Source: Macrostomum lignano (taxonomy: Eukaryota). From it: a stretch of 64,000 nt of DNA. Location: contig NIVC01000111.1 in assembly GCA_002269645.1 (NCBI GenBank), positions 186,001-250,000 of the forward strand. The letters run 5' to 3'. Below are positions 23,609-35,699 of this stretch, piece by piece. A program made the translations under genes and the position numbers. Under the pieces are notes generated by a model. The model saw only the letters and a list, made by a program, of their open reading frames with translations. It searched no databases and had not been told where the DNA came from. Every line of letters begins with the position of its first letter. Within the stretch, counting starts at the first letter, position 1.

Positions 23609-23634
23609 TACTAACTGATTTTTTTTTTAAAAAG
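23609..23634 (+). promoter_or_regulatory. Consensus branch point, poly-T tract and AG splice acceptor 2 nt before the CLPTM1L ATG (cis 5'UTR intron or SL trans-splice site)
   Basis: TACTAAC (23609-23615), TGA, a T-run, then AAAAAG|AAATG. Confidence 0.75.
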
Positions 23635-23636
23635 AA

Positions 23637-23798
23637 ATGCCTTCATTCGGCGGAGTTCTGATCAGTCTGGCCTGCATCTACGTGGCCTACGTGGGCTACC
23701 AGTTTCTGTCCATCTTCTATCCGAAAGAATGCACGGCCTCCTCGTCCACTGCCTACTGCTTGCAGCCAGCGTTTCCTTTGGGCAAAGCCAAGTTTACC
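23637..23798 (+). CDS. CLPTM1L: CLPTM1-like protein (lipid scramblase family), exon 1
   Basis: MPSFGGVLISLACIYVAYVGYQFLSIFYPKEC....YCLQP matches the N-terminal TM segment plus CxxxxxCxQP. It ends ACC|GTGAGT. Too short for the ORF track. Confidence 0.85.
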
Positions 23799-23954
23799 GT
23801 GAGTGATGCAGGCTGAATGGAGGCTGACTTTTTGGCGTTCAAAGTATTTACTTTAAACTGATTAGGTTTTTGAGTTATTGTAGATAGACATTTGAGTAGC
23901 TTGGGAAGTTTACGTATTAGACATATTTTAAAGCATATTAGCGTTAGTTTTGAC

Positions 23955-25660
23955 AGATATTGGGCTACTGTGGATAGATATTGGGTTACTGTAGATAGAT
24001 AGAGGGTTATTGTGGATAGATATTTGGTTACTGTAGATAGATAGAGGGTTATTGTGGATAGATATTTGGTTACTGTAGATAGATAGAGGGTTATTGTGGA
24101 TAGATATTTGGTTACTGTACAACATGGATAGATGTTGAGTTATTGTGGATAGATATTGAGTTGTTGAGGATAGATGTTGAGTTATTGTGGATAGATGTTG
24201 AGTTATTGTGGATAGATATTGAGTTGTTGTGAATAGATGTTGACTTATTGTGGATAGATATTGAGTTATTGTGAATAGATGTTGACTTATTGTGGATAGA
24301 TATTGAGTTGTTGAGGATAGATATTGAGTTATTGTGGATAGATATTGAGTTATTGTGGATAGATGTTGAGTTATTGTGGATAGATGTTGAGTTATTGTGG
24401 ATAGATGTTGAGTTATTGTGGATAGATGTTGAGTTATTGTGGATAGATGTTGAGTTATTGTGGATAGATATTGAGTTATTGTGGATAGATGTTGAGTTAT
24501 TGTGGATAGATATTGAGTTATTGTGGATAGATGTTGAGTTATTGTGGATAGATATTGAGTTGTTGAGGATAGATATTGAGTTATTGTGGATAGTTGTTGA
24601 GTTATTGTGGATAGATATTGAGTTATTGTGGATAGATGTTGACTTATTGTGGATAGATATTGAGTTATTGTGAATAGATGTTGAGTTATTGTGGATAGAT
24701 GTTGAGTTATTGTGGATAGATGTTGAGTTATTGTGGATAGATGTTGAGTTATTGTGGATAGATGTTGAGTTATTGTGGATAGATGTTGAGTTATTGTGGA
24801 TAGATGTTGAGTTATTGTGGATAGATATTGAGTTATTGTGGATAGATGTTGAGTTATTGTGGATAGATATTGAGTTATTGTGGATAGATATTGAGTTATT
24901 GTGGATAGATGTTGAGTTATTGTGGATAGATATTGGCTATTGTGGATAGATATTGAGTTATTGTGGATAGATATTGAGTTATTGTGGATAGATATTGGCT
25001 ATTGTGGATAGATATTGAGTTGTTGAGGATAGATGTTGAGTTATTGTGGATAGATATTGAGTTATTGTGGATAGATGTTGAGTTATTGTGGATAGATATT
25101 GAGTTGTTGAGGATAGATATTGAGTTATTGTGGATAGTTGTTGAGTTATTGTGGATAGATATTGAGTTATTGTGGATAGATGTTGACTTATTGTGGATAG
25201 ATATTGAGTTATTGTGGATAGATATTGAGTTATTGTGGATAGATGTTAAGTTATTGTGCATAGATGTTGAGTTATTGTGGATAGATGTTGAGTTATTGTG
25301 GATAGATGTTGAGTTATTGTGGATAGATGTTGAGTTATTGTGGATAGATGTTGAGTTATTGTGGATAGATGTTGAGTTATTGTGGATAGATATTGAGTTA
25401 TTGTGGATAGATGTTGAGTTATTGTGGATAGATATTGAGTTATTGTGGATAGATATTGAGTTATTGTGGATAGATGTTGAGTTATTGTGGATAGATATTG
25501 GCTATTGTGGATAGATATTGAGTTATTGTGGATAGATATTGAGTTATTGTGGATAGATATTGAGTTATTGTGGATAGATATTGGTTATTGTGGATAGATA
25601 TTGGTCTACTGTGGGTAGACACTGGGGTTACTCTGGGTAGATATTGATTTACTGCGGTTA
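23955..25660. repeat. Minisatellite, 21 bp unit (TGTGGATAGATRTTGAGTTAT), CLPTM1L intron 1
   Basis: About 80 copies. WIDVELL periodicity appears in the spurious ORFs. Confidence 0.97.
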
Positions 25661-25700
25661 GATACCAAAAAGCTCGAACTGGCACCCAACCAACTCGCAG

Positions 25701-25795
25701 CTCGAGCTCTACGGCAGGGCTTCAGCGGTTCCGGGCACCAAAGCGGAGTTCATCTTCGCCGAGCGGAGCCTCAAACTGACGGAGCCCTTCGAACG
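25701..25795 (+). CDS. CLPTM1L: CLPTM1L exon 2
   Basis: CTCGCAG|LELYGRASAVPGTKAEFIFAERSLKLTEPFER|GTGCGT. The phase (0 then 2) fits both neighbours. Confidence 0.8.
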
Positions 25796-25844
25796 GTGCG
25801 TGAAATCTGGACTGGTTTCTTAATGTTATATGCGCAACACCACG

Positions 25845-26045
25845 TAACAGCACACAACACACAAAACAGCACACATAACAGCACACACAACAACACACAA
25901 AACAGCACACACAACAACACACACAACAACACACAAAACAGCACACATAACAGCACACACAACAGCACACAACACAGCACACATAACAGCACACACAACA
26001 ACACACAAAACAGCACACATAACAGCACACGCAACAGAACACAGC
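25845..26045. repeat. 12 bp CA-rich repeat (ACACAACAGCAC), CLPTM1L intron 2
   Basis: Tandem copies are visible. Confidence 0.9.
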
Positions 26046-26207
26046 AGCCAGATTCTGTACATATTTACATGTAAAGGCAAGCATATTACTGTATTTGTTA
26101 AATGCAAAGATTCTTAGTCTAACAGAGACCTGTGAGTATCTCAGGCCGTGCTAGCCGTAGACATTAATCCACCTGGAACATAAATTGTCTTCCCTTGTTT
26201 CTTGCAG

Positions 26208-26436
26208 CACCTTCTCTGTGCCCCTGCCGGTTCAAGTAGTAAAGAATGCTTCTGACTACCAGATCACTCTGGCACTGTTCCCCGAGGGTGCCAGTCATGG
26301 CGTTCACTCTCCTGACGCTGTTCACAGCACCATCACCGTGACGGCCTTCAGGAAGCCCGGGGCTCGAGCTCGGAACCTTCTGGGAGCCGGCGAGGATTCG
26401 TCATCAAAGTTGGGCGTTGGCAGCGAAAGTGCGAAA
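26208..26436 (+). CDS. CLPTM1L: CLPTM1L exon 3
   Basis: CTTGCAG|...TFSVPLPVQVVKNAS...RKPGARARNLLG...|GTGAGG, aligning to VSVPKKTRNNGT...PKPEEINLLTG. Confidence 0.85.
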
Positions 26437-26454
26437 GTGAGGCTTTGCTAATGC

Positions 26455-26796
26455 AATGTGTGTTCTTGTGTGATATATTTGTGTGTTCTCGTGTGATAGA
26501 CTTGTGCGTTCTTGTGGATAGATTTGTGCGTTCTTGTGGTTAGATGTGTGTTCTATTGTGGATAGATGTGTTCTTGTGTGATAGATGTGTGTTCTCGTGG
26601 TTAGATGTGTGTTCTTGTGGATAGATTTGTGCGTTCTTATGGTTAGATGTGTGTGTTCTTGTGGTTAGATCTGTGTGTGTTTTTGTGGATAGATGTGTGT
26701 GTGTGTGTTTGTGGATAGATGTGTGTGTGTTCTTGTGGATGGATATGTGTGTGTGTGTTCTTGTGAATGGATATGTGTGTGTGTTCTTGTGGATGG

Positions 26797-26831
<35 letters not shown>

Positions 26832-26903
26832 CTTGTGGTTAGAGACGTGTTCTTGTGGTTAGAGACGTGTTCTTGTGGTTAGAGACGTGTTCTTGTGGTT
26901 AGA

Positions 26904-26935
<32 letters not shown>

Positions 26936-27290
26936 TGTGGATAGATGTGTGTGTGTGTTCTTGTGGATGGATATGTGTGTGTGTGTTCTTGTGGTTAGAT
27001 GTGTGTGTGTGTGTGTGTGTGTTTGTGTGGATAGATGTGTGTGTGTGTTCTTGTGGATGGATATGTGTGTATGTGTGATAGATTTGTGTGTGTTAATGTA
27101 GAAAGATGCGTGTGTTCTTGTGGATAGCTGTGTGCGTTCTTGTGGTTAGATTTGTGTGTTCTTTTGGATAGATTTGTGTTCTTGTGTCATAGATGTGTGT
27201 TCTTGTTGTTATATGTGTGTATTCTTGTGGTTATATGTGTGTATTCTTGTGGTTAGATGTGTGTGTGTGTGCGTGTTATTCTGGATAGAT
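26455..27290. repeat. Degenerate about 20-24 bp repeat (GTGTTCTTGTGGATAGATGT) mixed with (GT)n, CLPTM1L intron 3
   Basis: Tandem copies and GT runs are visible. Confidence 0.9.
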
Positions 27291-27414
27291 GTATGGGCTA
27301 TTGTAGATAAGTTACCATATTGAAGAGGAACGCTTGCACGACGAATGGAATTACCTGTGTTAATTTAGTTACTAGTATCACGGGCGCATAAAAGCAAACC
27401 CGCCCCTCCGCTAG

Positions 27415-27527
27415 CAGTCGGACTCACCTTGGATTCACTGGCGCTCGGTGCTGACCATCAACTCGCTGAATTCGCCTTTCGCCTTCGATCGGAATGCTTT
27501 TCCACCGGAGCTGCAGCATCTTGTTAA
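27415..27527 (+). CDS. CLPTM1L: CLPTM1L exon 4
   Basis: CGCTAG|QSDSPWIHWRSVLTINSLNSPFAFDRNAFPPELQHLV(K)|GTGAGG, matching PVSHWRPRLALN...FVFDGSSLPADVHRYMK. Missed by the ORF track. Confidence 0.85.
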
Positions 27528-27809
27528 GTGAGGCGTTGGACTTTGCTGCTTTCTGTGAATTTCGAACCCCTGATGCCCCGATTTTTTTACCATTTGAATG
27601 CCACTAAAGTCATCTAGATGAATTGGAGTTCCCCCAAGGTTATCTGAAATACTAGTAGTATATTCTTCCCCAAGGCCATCTGAGGCCCGTAAAGTCATCC
27701 GTCTAATTGGAATGTCCCCCTAGTGGCAATCTACTTTGATAGCCTCCTCAAGGTCAGTGTGTGGAATGTGTTCAATCTGAAAGGTCGCCTGGATGGGTGG
27801 AATCTACTT

Positions 27810-28450
27810 AAAGTTTTCCCAAGGTCCTATAATATTTATGGACTTTCCTCAAGGCCGTATGGTATTTATCAAATTCTCTTAAGGTCATATAGCATTGATG
27901 GAGTTTCCTCAAGATCATATAATATTGATGGAATTTCCCCAAGGTCAAAAAACATTGATGGAAAACCCCCAGAGTCATATAACGTTGGTGGAATTTCCCC
28001 AAGGTCATAATCTAGATAAAATAATCGGAATCACCTCAATGTCATATAATATTTATGGAATTACCTCAAGGTCAAATACCATTGATGGAATACCCCCAGA
28101 GTCATATAACGTTGGTGGAATTTCCCCAAGGTCATATATCTAGATAAAATAATCGGAATCACCTCAAGGTCATATAATATGATGGAATTACCTCAAGGTC
28201 ATATAATATTTATGGAATTTCCCCAAGGTCATATATCTAGATAAAATAATCGGAATCACCTCAAGGTCATATAATATTTATGGAATTACCTCAAGGTCAA
28301 ATAACATTGATGGAATACCCCCAGAGTCATATAACGTTGGTGGAATTTCTCCAAGGTCATATATCTAGATAAAATAATCGGAATCACCTCAAGGTCGTAT
28401 AATATTTATGGAATCACCTCAAGGTCATATAATATGATGGAATTTCCCAT
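27810..28450. repeat. About 30 bp minisatellite (GGAATTTCCCCAAGGTCATATAATATTTAT) with variants, CLPTM1L intron 4
   Basis: Tandem copies grade into the exon-5 acceptor. Confidence 0.9.
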
Positions 28451-28471
28451 CAATTCATTCCCCGCATGCAG

Positions 28472-28973
28472 GCTTCAGTCGCAGGACGCCTACCTGCCAA
28501 TCATCTCAGCCAGCCGGCTGTCATTCAAAGAGGCCGACCTGGTCCAGGTGAACTCCACGGACACTCGCGCCCTGCTCACCCTCCGCTTCGAGCCCGTGAG
28601 CATCGGGCAGCTTCGCCTCCTGCAGACCCTGGAACTCTCCGTCGAATCGTTGAAAAGCTTCGGCTTTCGCGACACCGACATCGACGATGTGAAGGCAATT
28701 TTTAACGACACCAATTTCTACCTGCTGCTGCTGACCATCTTCGTGTCCGTCTTTCACCTGGTCTTCGATTTCCTGGCTTTCAAAAATGATATCGCATTCT
28801 GGCGCCAGATGGACCGCAGCGTGGGCATCTCTAGCACTGCCGTGTTGTGGCGCTGCATCAGCGGCTTTGTGGTGCTGCTGTACCTGGCCGAGGAGAAGAC
28901 CAGCCTGCTGGTGGTGGCACCCGCCGCTGTGCAGCTCGTCATCGAACTGTGGAAATTGTCCAAGGTGTTCAAG
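28472..28973 (+). CDS. CLPTM1L: CLPTM1L exon 5
   Basis: YLPII...SFGFRDTDIDDVKAIFNDTNFYLLLLTIFVSVFHLVFDFLAFKNDIAFW...AVLWRC...EKTSLLV...IELWK is diagnostic. It ends AAG|GTGAGG. Confidence 0.95.
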
Positions 28974-29049
28974 GTGAGGCTCAGGGCGCTTTTCGGTTTT
29001 GGCAATGGGGTCACTGACCCTCTGGGCCAGAATATCGATTTTTCGGCAA

Positions 29050-29625
29050 AGGAGAGGTCACTGACCCCAGGCGTGTCGATTGATGTTTCCTTTAAGGGGA
29101 GGTCACTGATCCCTGGCGTGTCGATTGATGTTTTCTTTAACGGGAGGTCAATGACCCCCTGGCGTGTCGATTGATGTTTCCCTTTAAGGGAAGGTCACTG
29201 ACCCCTGGCGTGTCGATTGATGTTTCCCTTTAAGGGAAGGTCACTGACCCCTGGCGTGTCGATTGATGTTTCCTTTAAGGGGAGGTCACTGACCCCTGGC
29301 GTGTCGATTGGATGTTTCCTTTAAGGGGAGGTCACTGACCCCCTGGCGTGTCGATTGATGTTTCCTTTAAGGGGGGTCACTGACCCCTGACGTGTCGATT
29401 GATGTTTTCTTTAACGGGAGGTCAATGACCCCCTGGCGTGTCGATTGGATGTTTCCTTTAAGGGGAGGTCACTGACCCCTGGCGTGTCGATTGATGTTTC
29501 CTTTAAGGGAAGGTCACTGACCCCTGGCGTGTCGATTGATGTTTCCTTTAAGGGGAGGTCACTGACCCCTGGCGTGTCGATTGGATGTTTCCTTTAAGGG
29601 GAGGTCAATGACCCCCTGGCGTGTC
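29050..29625. repeat. Minisatellite, 45 bp unit (GTCACTGACCCCTGGCGTGTCGATTGATGTTTCCTTTAAGGGGAG), CLPTM1L intron 5, with degenerate copies to about 29875
   Basis: Unit offset of 45 bp measured from 29240 to 29285. Confidence 0.95.
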
Positions 29626-29923
29626 AGTTGAAGTCAACTGTGAGTTGTTTAAGAAGTTCATGTACCTGGGGTCTCGAACCTGAGTTGTTGTTTAGATTCA
29701 AAGGAGGTCATTGCCCCTGGGGTCTCAAACCTCAATTGTGGCTTGGTTCAAGGAGGTCATTGACCCTGGGGCCTGGAACCTTAATTGTGGCTTGGGTTCA
29801 AAGGGTGGGGTCATTGCCCCTGGGTCTCGAATCTCAATTGTTGTTTGGATTCTAAGGTGGGTCGTTGACCCCTGTAATCAACAGCTGTTACTGCCGCCCC
29901 CTCACCTGCATCGCATCTTCGAG

Positions 29924-30119
29924 GTGTCAATCAGCTTTCGCGGCCTGGCCTGGGCGCCCCGATCGGAGGCGGAGCGCAAGACCGGGGCCCTGGATTCCCA
30001 GGGCACTCGCTATCTGTCCTATGTGATGCTGCCTCTGTGCGCAGGAGCCCCAATCTACTCGTTGATGTACGTGCCGCACAAGTCCTGGTACTCTTGGACT
30101 ATCAACAGCATGGCTAATT
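29924..30119 (+). CDS. CLPTM1L: CLPTM1L exon 6
   Basis: TTCGAG|VSISFRG...SEAERKTGALDSQGTRYLSY..LPLC...IYSL....KSWYSWTINSMAN|GTGAGT (phase 1). Confidence 0.9.
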
Positions 30120-30179
30120 GTGAGTGATCTTGTTTCCCAATCCATAGTAGAATTTGTAGGGCTGACCATTTCTAATTGT

Positions 30180-30962
30180 TTTATCTGTAACTGTCTGTTT
30201 TTTTGCTGTTCCTGTCTGTAACTGCCTGTTTTTGGCGATTTCTGTCTGTAACTGCCTGTTTTTGGCTGTTTTGTCTGTAACTGCCTGTTTTTGACTGTTT
30301 TGTCTGTAACTGTCTGTTTTTGGCGGTTTCTGTCTGTAACTGCCTGTTTTTGGCAGTTTTGTCTGTAACTGCCTGTTTTTGGCTGTTTTGTCTGTAACTG
30401 CCTGTTTTTAGCGATTTCTGTCTGTAACTGTCTGTTTTTGGCGATTTCTGTCTGTAACTGTCTGTTTTTGGCTGTTTCTGTCTGCAACTGCCTGTTTTTG
30501 GCCGTTTCTGTCTGTAACTGCCTGTTTTTGGCTGTTTTGTCTGTAACTGCCTGTTTTTTGGCTGTTTCTGTCAGTAACTGCCTGTTTTTGGCTGTTTGTC
30601 TGTAACTGCCTGTTTTTTAGCGATTTCTGTCTGTAACTGTCTGTTTTTGGCTGTTTCTGTCTGTAACTGCCTGTTTTTGGCTGTTTGTCTGTAACTGCCT
30701 GTTTTTTAGCGATTTCTGTCTGTAACTGTCTGTTTTTGGCTGTTTCTGTCTGTAACTGCCTGTTTTTGGCTGTTTCTGTCTGTAACTGCCTGTTTTTGGC
30801 TGTTTTGTCTGTAACTGTCTGTTTTTGGCTGTTTCTGTCTGTAACTGCCTGTTTTTGGCCGTTTCTGTCTGTAACTGCCTGTTTTTGGCTGTTTTGTCTG
30901 TAACTGCCTGTATTTTGGCTGTTTCTGTCAGTAACTGCCTGTTTTTGGCTGTTTCTGTCTGC
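30180..30962. repeat. Minisatellite, 28-30 bp unit (GTCTGTAACTGCCTGTTTTTGGCTGTTTCT), CLPTM1L intron 6
   Basis: Tandem copies are visible. Confidence 0.95.
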
Positions 30963-31704
30963 AAACGGCTATATTGTCTGTAATGCTGTAATGTCAACAA
31001 TAGGGAGGGGTCATCCAAGGTCGCAGCAGTCATCGCTGGCTGTCATATGCGGCTGTGTATTTATATCCCTCCCTAAGAGGGCCGGATAGCCTGTCTTCCT
31101 GTGTGGGAGTGAGCAGTGGCCACTATATATAGTAGTAGCCCTTCCCTCCTCACTCGCATCTCACAAAGCATTGATACTCAGCCTAGCTTACTTCCTCATC
31201 TCTCCCGAGAGCCTGGGCCAGACAGGGATATTGGCTTTTTGTATCAATTTTTGTCCTATCAATGTCAGATATCTGCCGATATACTTATTGCACTAACTGT
31301 ATACCCTTTGAAAAGTTTTAGCGCAGAAAAATAGATAAGAGAAGGTGCTCTGAATGTTCCTCTTCTGTTTGCTTTCACTTTGCCTCTCTTCCTAGCCTGC
31401 CTCAGCTCGAGGGTTGAAATGCTGGGGCGAGGCCTGCAGTTTCCTGAGAGCACTTGAAGCTCCTCTTTTTGTACCACCGAATGAGCAACCGCTGGAGTTG
31501 GTTTTAGATGGGAATTTGTGCCTTCTATGAGTACGGCGATGTTCAGGAGACTGCGCTCCGAGGTTTTGCTGCATCAAGTTAACCGGAATTTGCTGGACCA
31601 CCAGCCTCCCAGATCCTCAGTTGCTGGGCCAGCCTCCCAGAGTGTCAGTTGCCCGGCCAGCCTCTGTTCAGCTGTCAACCCTACACCTCCCCGCCCCTCC
31701 CCAG

Positions 31705-31921
31705 GTGTGTACGCCTTCGGCTTCCTGTTCATGACGCCTCAGCTGTTCATCAACTACAAAATGAAATCCGTGGCCCACCTGCCGTGGAAGGCGCTGACCT
31801 ACAAAGCCTTCAATACCTTCATTGACGACCTGTTCGCTTTTATTATCCGAATGCCCACCGCGCACCGGCTGGCCTGCTTCCGCGATGACGTCATCTTCAT
31901 CATCTACATGTACCAGCGCTG
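31705..31921 (+). CDS. CLPTM1L: CLPTM1L exon 7
   Basis: VYAFGFLFMTPQLFINYKMKSVAHLPWKALTYKAFNTFIDDLFAFIIRMPTAHRLACFRDDVIFIIYMYQR(W), near-identical to the family core. Confidence 0.97.
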
Positions 31922-31964
31922 GTGAGGCCGATTTTTTAATTCGATATTTTTTTTACGTTTATAT

Positions 31965-32228
31965 TCGACATCTATCCTAAAATCCATCCCAAAATATCCC
32001 ATATATATCCTAAACTCTATTCCATATCTATCGTGAGATCTATCCCATATCTATCGTGAGATCTATCCCATATCTATCCTGGGATCTGTGACATATCTAT
32101 CCTGAAATCTATCCCATATCTATCCTGGGATCTGTGCCATATGTATCCTGAGATCCATTCCATATCTATCTGAGATCTATCCCATATCTATCGTGAGATC
32201 TATCCCATATCTCTCCTGAGATCTATCC
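31965..32228. repeat. 23 bp repeat (ATCTATCCCATATCTATCGTGAG), CLPTM1L intron 7
   Basis: Tandem copies are visible. Confidence 0.88.
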
Positions 32229-32252
32229 GCCATCCACCCCATCCCCCATCAG

Positions 32253-32355
32253 GCTGTACCCCGTGGACAAAAGTCGCACAAACGAATTCGGCCAGAGCTT
32301 TGACGAGGCCGAGCCATCGAGCGGCGATGCCGGGGACAAAGTCAAGTCTGAGTAG
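32253..32355 (+). CDS. CLPTM1L: CLPTM1L exon 8 (joined CDS 1617 nt = 538 aa + stop)
   Basis: CCATCAG|(W)LYPVDKSRTNEFGQSFDE...KVKSE*. All eight exon phases close the frame. Confidence 0.93.
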
Positions 32356-32627
32356 CTGTTCGACACCCAGTCCTAGTCACCTTCTGATTGGAGCTCCTGA
32401 TTGTAACACGCCAAATTTGTGTGTTCGGGTGAAACAGACATATCTGATTATTAAAAAGTAACAGTTGTTGCCAAATACTGCTCACTTGCATGGTTAACTA
32501 GCCGAAGTTACTGTTGAGACTGCTCAAATGTTGCTATTCATTCGATTCCGATTTCTGCTACTAATATATACCTGTCTTAACTGCTAACTGATGTGTTGCA
32601 ATGTACTCTTTAACTATCCCGTTACGT

Positions 32628-33357
32628 TACACCCTTCAATTGTTCACCAATCAATCCCACACCCTTCAATTGTTCACCCATCAATCCCACACCCTTCAAT
32701 TGTTCACCCATCAATCCCACACCCTTCAATTGTTCACCCATCAATCCCACACCCTTCAATTGTTCACCCATCAATCCCACACCCTTCAATTGTTCACCCA
32801 TCAATCCCACACCCTTCAATTGTTCACCCATCAATCCCACACCCTTCAATTGTTCACCCATCAATCCCACACCCTTCAATTGTTCACCCATCAATCCCAC
32901 ACCCTTCAATTGTTCACCCATCAATCCCACACCCTTCAATTGTTCACCCATCAATCCCACACCCTTCAATTGTTCACCCATCAATCCCACACCCTTCAAT
33001 TGTTCACCCATCAATCCCACACCCTTCAATTGTTCACCCATCAATCCCACACCCTTCAATTGTTCACCCATTTATCCCACACCCTTCAATTGTTCACCCA
33101 TTTATCCCACACCCTTCAATTGTTCACCCATCGATCCCACACCCTTCAATTGTTCACCCATTTATCCCACACCCTTCAATTGTTCACCCATCGATCCCAC
33201 GCCCTTCAATTGTTCACCCATTTATCCCACACCCTCCAATTGTACACCCCATCGATCCCACACCCTCAAATTGTACACCCCATCGATCCCACACCCTCAA
33301 ATTGTACACCCCATCAATCCCACAGCCTCCAATTGTACACCCCATCAATCCCACAGT
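32628..33357. repeat. Minisatellite, 30 bp unit (ACCCTTCAATTGTTCACCCATCAATCCCAC)
   Basis: The first about 14 copies appear essentially identical, and the array degenerates to the right. Confidence 0.97.
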
Positions 33358-33834
33358 TTAAATAATTCTCTGCTATCATTCATGTTCCATAGCGTACAGG
33401 TTTTATGCAGCTAAACTGAAATAATTTATCTGTAATTTAGCACGGGTACACAGGCAGTTTTCACTGCCAGTGCGTTTTAGAAGTTGCTTTTTTGTTTTAC
33501 TGAATCATTTTCTTGATTTGATCATTTTGTGATCTTTTTCAAATTTTAATTGTAACTTTTTCTCCAAATTTATTGGCTTCCCTTTGCTGTGCAAAAATTA
33601 TTAAAATAACTAGTATCATTCTCATTTCTAGTTTAAATTTACGATTTCATTAATTATTGTATGATTAATTTTTCAGTCCAATTAACTTATTGATAATCTA
33701 AAATAAATTCGTTTATTATCATTATTTCTTATTGCCGGCTAAGTGACATTTCGTGCAATCTACGAGTATATGCAAATACAAGTTGCAAGCATATTGACGT
33801 GCTAGTCTTTTTTGTGGAATCTTTTTGGTTGCTG

Positions 33835-35230
33835 AGATTCCCCTTCACCCTTTAATGTACACTCGCTCCTGGAAATCCCCTCTACTCTTCAATGTACACT
33901 CACTTCTGGGAATCCCCTCCACCCACACTCACTCCTGGGAATCCCCTCTACTCTTCAATGTACACTCACTTCTGGGAATCCCCTCCACCCACACTCACTC
34001 CTGGGAATCCCCTCCACCCACACTCACTCCTGGGAATCCCCTCCACCCTTCAATGTACACTCGCTCCTGGAAATCTCTACCATTTGTTGCACACTCTCCT
34101 GGGAATCCCCTCCACTCTTCAATGTACATTCATTCCTGAGAATCTCATCCACCCTTTAATGTACACTTGCTTCTGAGAATCCACATCACTCAATGTACAG
34201 TTGCAGCGGCATTCGAAAGCAGTAGCAGATGGTTGTCAGTTGGAATTGATTTTATGCAGACGCACAAACTATCTAAGCGCACCTGTCAGCCCTGCGCCAT
34301 TAATCACATGACAGACAGATATGGCACTGTTTTTCGTTTTTGCCTTTCTACGCATCCACTCATTTTCAGCTTCATTTGTTTATTTTCAAATATTAGCTTC
34401 ATCTGTCACTTTCTTCATCATCCACATCTCCCTTCATCTTCCACTCCTTCCTTTATCTCTCACCCCTCCCTTTATCTCTCACTCCTCCCTTCATCTCTCA
34501 CTCCTCCCTTCATCTCTCACTCCCTTCATCTCTCACTCCTCCCTTCATCTCTCACTCCTCCCTTCATCTTCCACTCCTCCCTTCATCTCTCACTCATCCC
34601 TTCATCTCTCACTCCTCCCTTCATCTCTCACTCCTCCCTTCATCTTCCACTCCTCCTTTCATCTCTCACTCCTCCCTTCATCTCTCACTCCTCCCTTCAT
34701 CTTCCACTCCTCCCTTCATCTCTCACTCCTCCCTTCATCTCTCACTCCTCCCTTCATCTCTAACTCCTCCCTTCATCTCTCACTCCTCCCTTCATCTCTC
34801 ACTCCTCCCTTCATCTCTCACTCCTCCCTTCATCTCTCACTCCTCCCTTCATCTCTCACTCCTCCCTTCATCTTCCACTCCTCCTTTCATCTCTCACTCC
34901 TCCCTTCATCTCTCACTCCTCCCTTCATCTTCCACTCCTCCCTTCATCTCTCACTCCTCCATTTATCTCTCACTCCTCCCTTCATCTTCCACTCACTCCT
35001 CCCTTCATCTCTCAATCCTCCCTTCATCTTCCACTCACTCCTCCCTTCATCTCACACTCCTTTCATCTTCGACTCCTCCCTTCCACTTTTTCATTCATCT
35101 CCCAGTCCTCCCTTAATCTTCCTCCCCTCCATCTCCCAGTCTAACTTTTATCTCCCTCTCCTCCCTTCATCTTCAACCTTTCCCTTTATCTCCCACTCCT
35201 CCCTTTATCTCCCACTCCCCTCCATCTTCA
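33835..35230. repeat. Two arrays: a CTCCTGGGAATCCCCTC-based repeat (about 33835-34150) and a 19 bp CT-rich unit TCTCACTCCTCCCTTCATC (about 34420-35230)
   Basis: Tandem copies are visible. Confidence 0.9.
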
Positions 35231-35699
35231 AATTTTCTCTTCATTTTCATCCCTACCCTTGACCTTCCACTCCTATCTCTTTACTCATTTTCAATCATAT
35301 CAATAATTTGCCTTCCCGTATTCACCCTCATATTTTGCCTCATCTCCCGAACTAGAAGAAGAACTCGTGTTTTCGATCTTTTTCGAATTTTCTTACCCCT
35401 ACGCTCGTATAGTCTCAGCACGGAGCATCTGCTGCACAGGGACCCGGCCGTGACCTTTGAAGTGATTCCTCCTTGGCCTCGACAAGGCTGTGCGTCAGTA
35501 AGCGCATCTGCCGAACGATAAATCCCGGGGATTTATGATTAGACTAATTAGGACCTGGTGCGGCTCTCCGGGACTTTAATCCCCTTCATCATCAGCTTCG
35601 ATGCAACTGATCGATGAGTGCAGTGCGCAAGCGCGTTTTAATATATCTGATACTGCCTCAGGACACCAGCAGATCTTTCGCTAATTAAATTATGCTGAG

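Noticed and set aside
6388-29926. Direct repeats at intron ends (CAGGTG in MLST8 intron 1; TTCRAGGTG in CLPTM1L intron 5) suggesting recent intron gain by duplication or introners
   Set aside because: These junctions fall at codons that, from memory, match vertebrate intron positions, so they are more likely ancestral AG|GT proto-splice contexts. An orthologue alignment should confirm this.
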